From the human T2T-CHM13v2.0 reference genome, Homo sapiens: DNA of 64,000 bases. This document shows, one piece after another, positions 62,441 to 64,000 of the stretch. The stretch lies in the NCBI RefSeq assembly GCF_009914755.1, contig NC_060939.1; one strand, written 5' to 3'. The notes beneath the pieces were generated by a model. The model saw only the letters and a list, made by a program, of their open reading frames with translations. It made no database searches and was not told the origin of the DNA. A program made the translations under genes and the position numbers. The number at the start of each line of letters is the position of its first letter. Positions within the stretch are counted from its first letter, which is position 1.

Positions 62441-64000
62441 CATTTTATATATTGTTAGATATTGCTAAATTACCCTCCAAGTCACATTGATCAGTGTAGG
62501 AGTAGATTCATTTCTTGCAGCCTCCTGAGCAATGTTCAATGACCATCTTATAGATGAAAACTGTATTACATATCTTATTTAAATGTTTTTAAAGTGAGGT
62601 TGCATATTTTTGGTCTGCTTACTGATATGTGTATTTCTTAAGATGCTACCTTAAGATCAGTTAGAAATGAAAAGGTTTATTATTAGCACATCCTAAATAC
62701 ACACAGGTTTGCACAGACAATGGTAAAGCCCTTTTAGGGAAAAAAACATGTTTTAATCACAGGTCCCAGAATTTTAGAGATGTTCATCTGTCATTAAAGG
62801 CTTCATATTCTATTTACAAACCACCCTCAATCTAAGTTGTTCTGGAATGATCTTTAGTAGGGAGCACTTTATTACCTTGGTTCAATTTGTTCTCTATATG
62901 GAATAAATTAGCTTTCACCTTATGTCATTCTGTAAATCACACACCCCTCCCAATGGCCCATCTTAGCAGGAGTTAATGTACCACAGGTGGACATTCTAGA
63001 ACCTCTACTTATCTGTTTGTGTGCCGTGATGCCAGGATGGAGACCAAAAGGCTAAATGAAGCCCTCACACTGTGCAGCAGTTACTCCATCAGCTCACAGC
63101 TCTGTCCCTCCCAACTGATATATTCCAATCTTTCTGATTTTCTGTGTATCCATCTTTTCAGTCTCATTGGAACTAGCATTTGTAGCCTGTGGGTTTGTGA
63201 TGTGCTGGGTCCTGAAGCAAAACAGATGTGTTTCTGAAATGTGTCTTAATCCATCCAGATTTTAAAGACAAAGCCATTCATCTTTTATCTGGTACAAAAG
63301 GGATTTCTAGGTTCTTCCTGAGGTAATGAGTTTGAGTCTAGTGATGTGGTGATAGGAGATGCAGGCAGATTCTTCCATGTCTGTCATCACCTTCCCAGAT
63401 CCATGCTTTAGGGAGAATGCAGGAGCACAGGAACTCAGCCCTATTTCTGCTCCAGGCTCTACCCCATTGCCAGGGGCCAGAGGCTGGGCAGGAAGGCTCC
63501 CTGTACTCTTTTTACTGTTATCTATATTTTTCAGACTGACATTAAGGATGACAGCCTTCTCCCACCTCCAAAGAATAGATACCTTTGAAGCCATATTCTG
63601 GGAGAAAAAGTTGTTAAGAGAGGAAACCAAACTCTCTGTGACCAAACCTTTTTGTTTTTTGTTGCTTATAAAAGGAGTAGCTATTTATTTAGTAAATGCA
63701 TTTTCTGAACCAAAAATCAAGGACCCTTGATTAGATGAGGGACATTAATTGCTAAATTAATGGACCAGAATATTGCAATTTTCACATACAAAATTTCCTT
63801 GGTACAGAATAACCAGTCAATTTATCTTTCCTTGCTCCCGCCCTTTCTTCAGTCCTTCTAAAAACAAGGCACTGTTTATAAGACGCTGTCCTATTTTCTC
63901 CTCCTTGACAACTCTTTTCTTTTAAAATCACTTTGTTCTGTAAATTTGTTACCCTTCTATCTAAATCTGTTAAAAACAGAGACAAACGCATGTAGAGACT

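Noticed and set aside
63307-63730. Overlapping 112-aa and 123-aa ORFs on opposite strands
   Set aside because: No recognisable domain or homology; lengths are compatible with chance in 64 kb

Overview
Primate (catarrhine, probably hominoid) AT-rich intergenic or deep-intronic DNA. I recognise no protein-coding gene, RNA gene or CpG island. The window is a layered record of transposable elements: ancient L2/MIR/L3/L1M and hAT DNA elements, ERVL/MaLR solo LTRs (MLT1A, MLT2, MSTB, THE1), nine Alus (J, S, Y) and seven primate L1s (L1PB1 to L1PA3-like). All long ORFs in the track are L1 ORF2 remnants, antisense L1/Alu shadows or low-complexity artefacts. The main signals are in how elements were inserted. 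(1) An otherwise full-length L1PB1 appears to have lost a 5'UTR intron precisely at a GT-AG junction, i.e. a spliced integrated L1. (2) An L1PA3-like copy carries a ~100 bp 3' transduction with its own ATTAAA signal and second tail inside the TSDs. (3) Two inverted L1s from different subfamilies share six non-consensus substitutions. (4) A tailless L1 fragment contains templated inverted insertions copied from its own junction. (5) Two twin-primed L1s invert at nearly the same ORF2 position. Subfamily names and consensus comparisons come from remembered consensus sequences and need confirming with Dfam/RepeatMasker.
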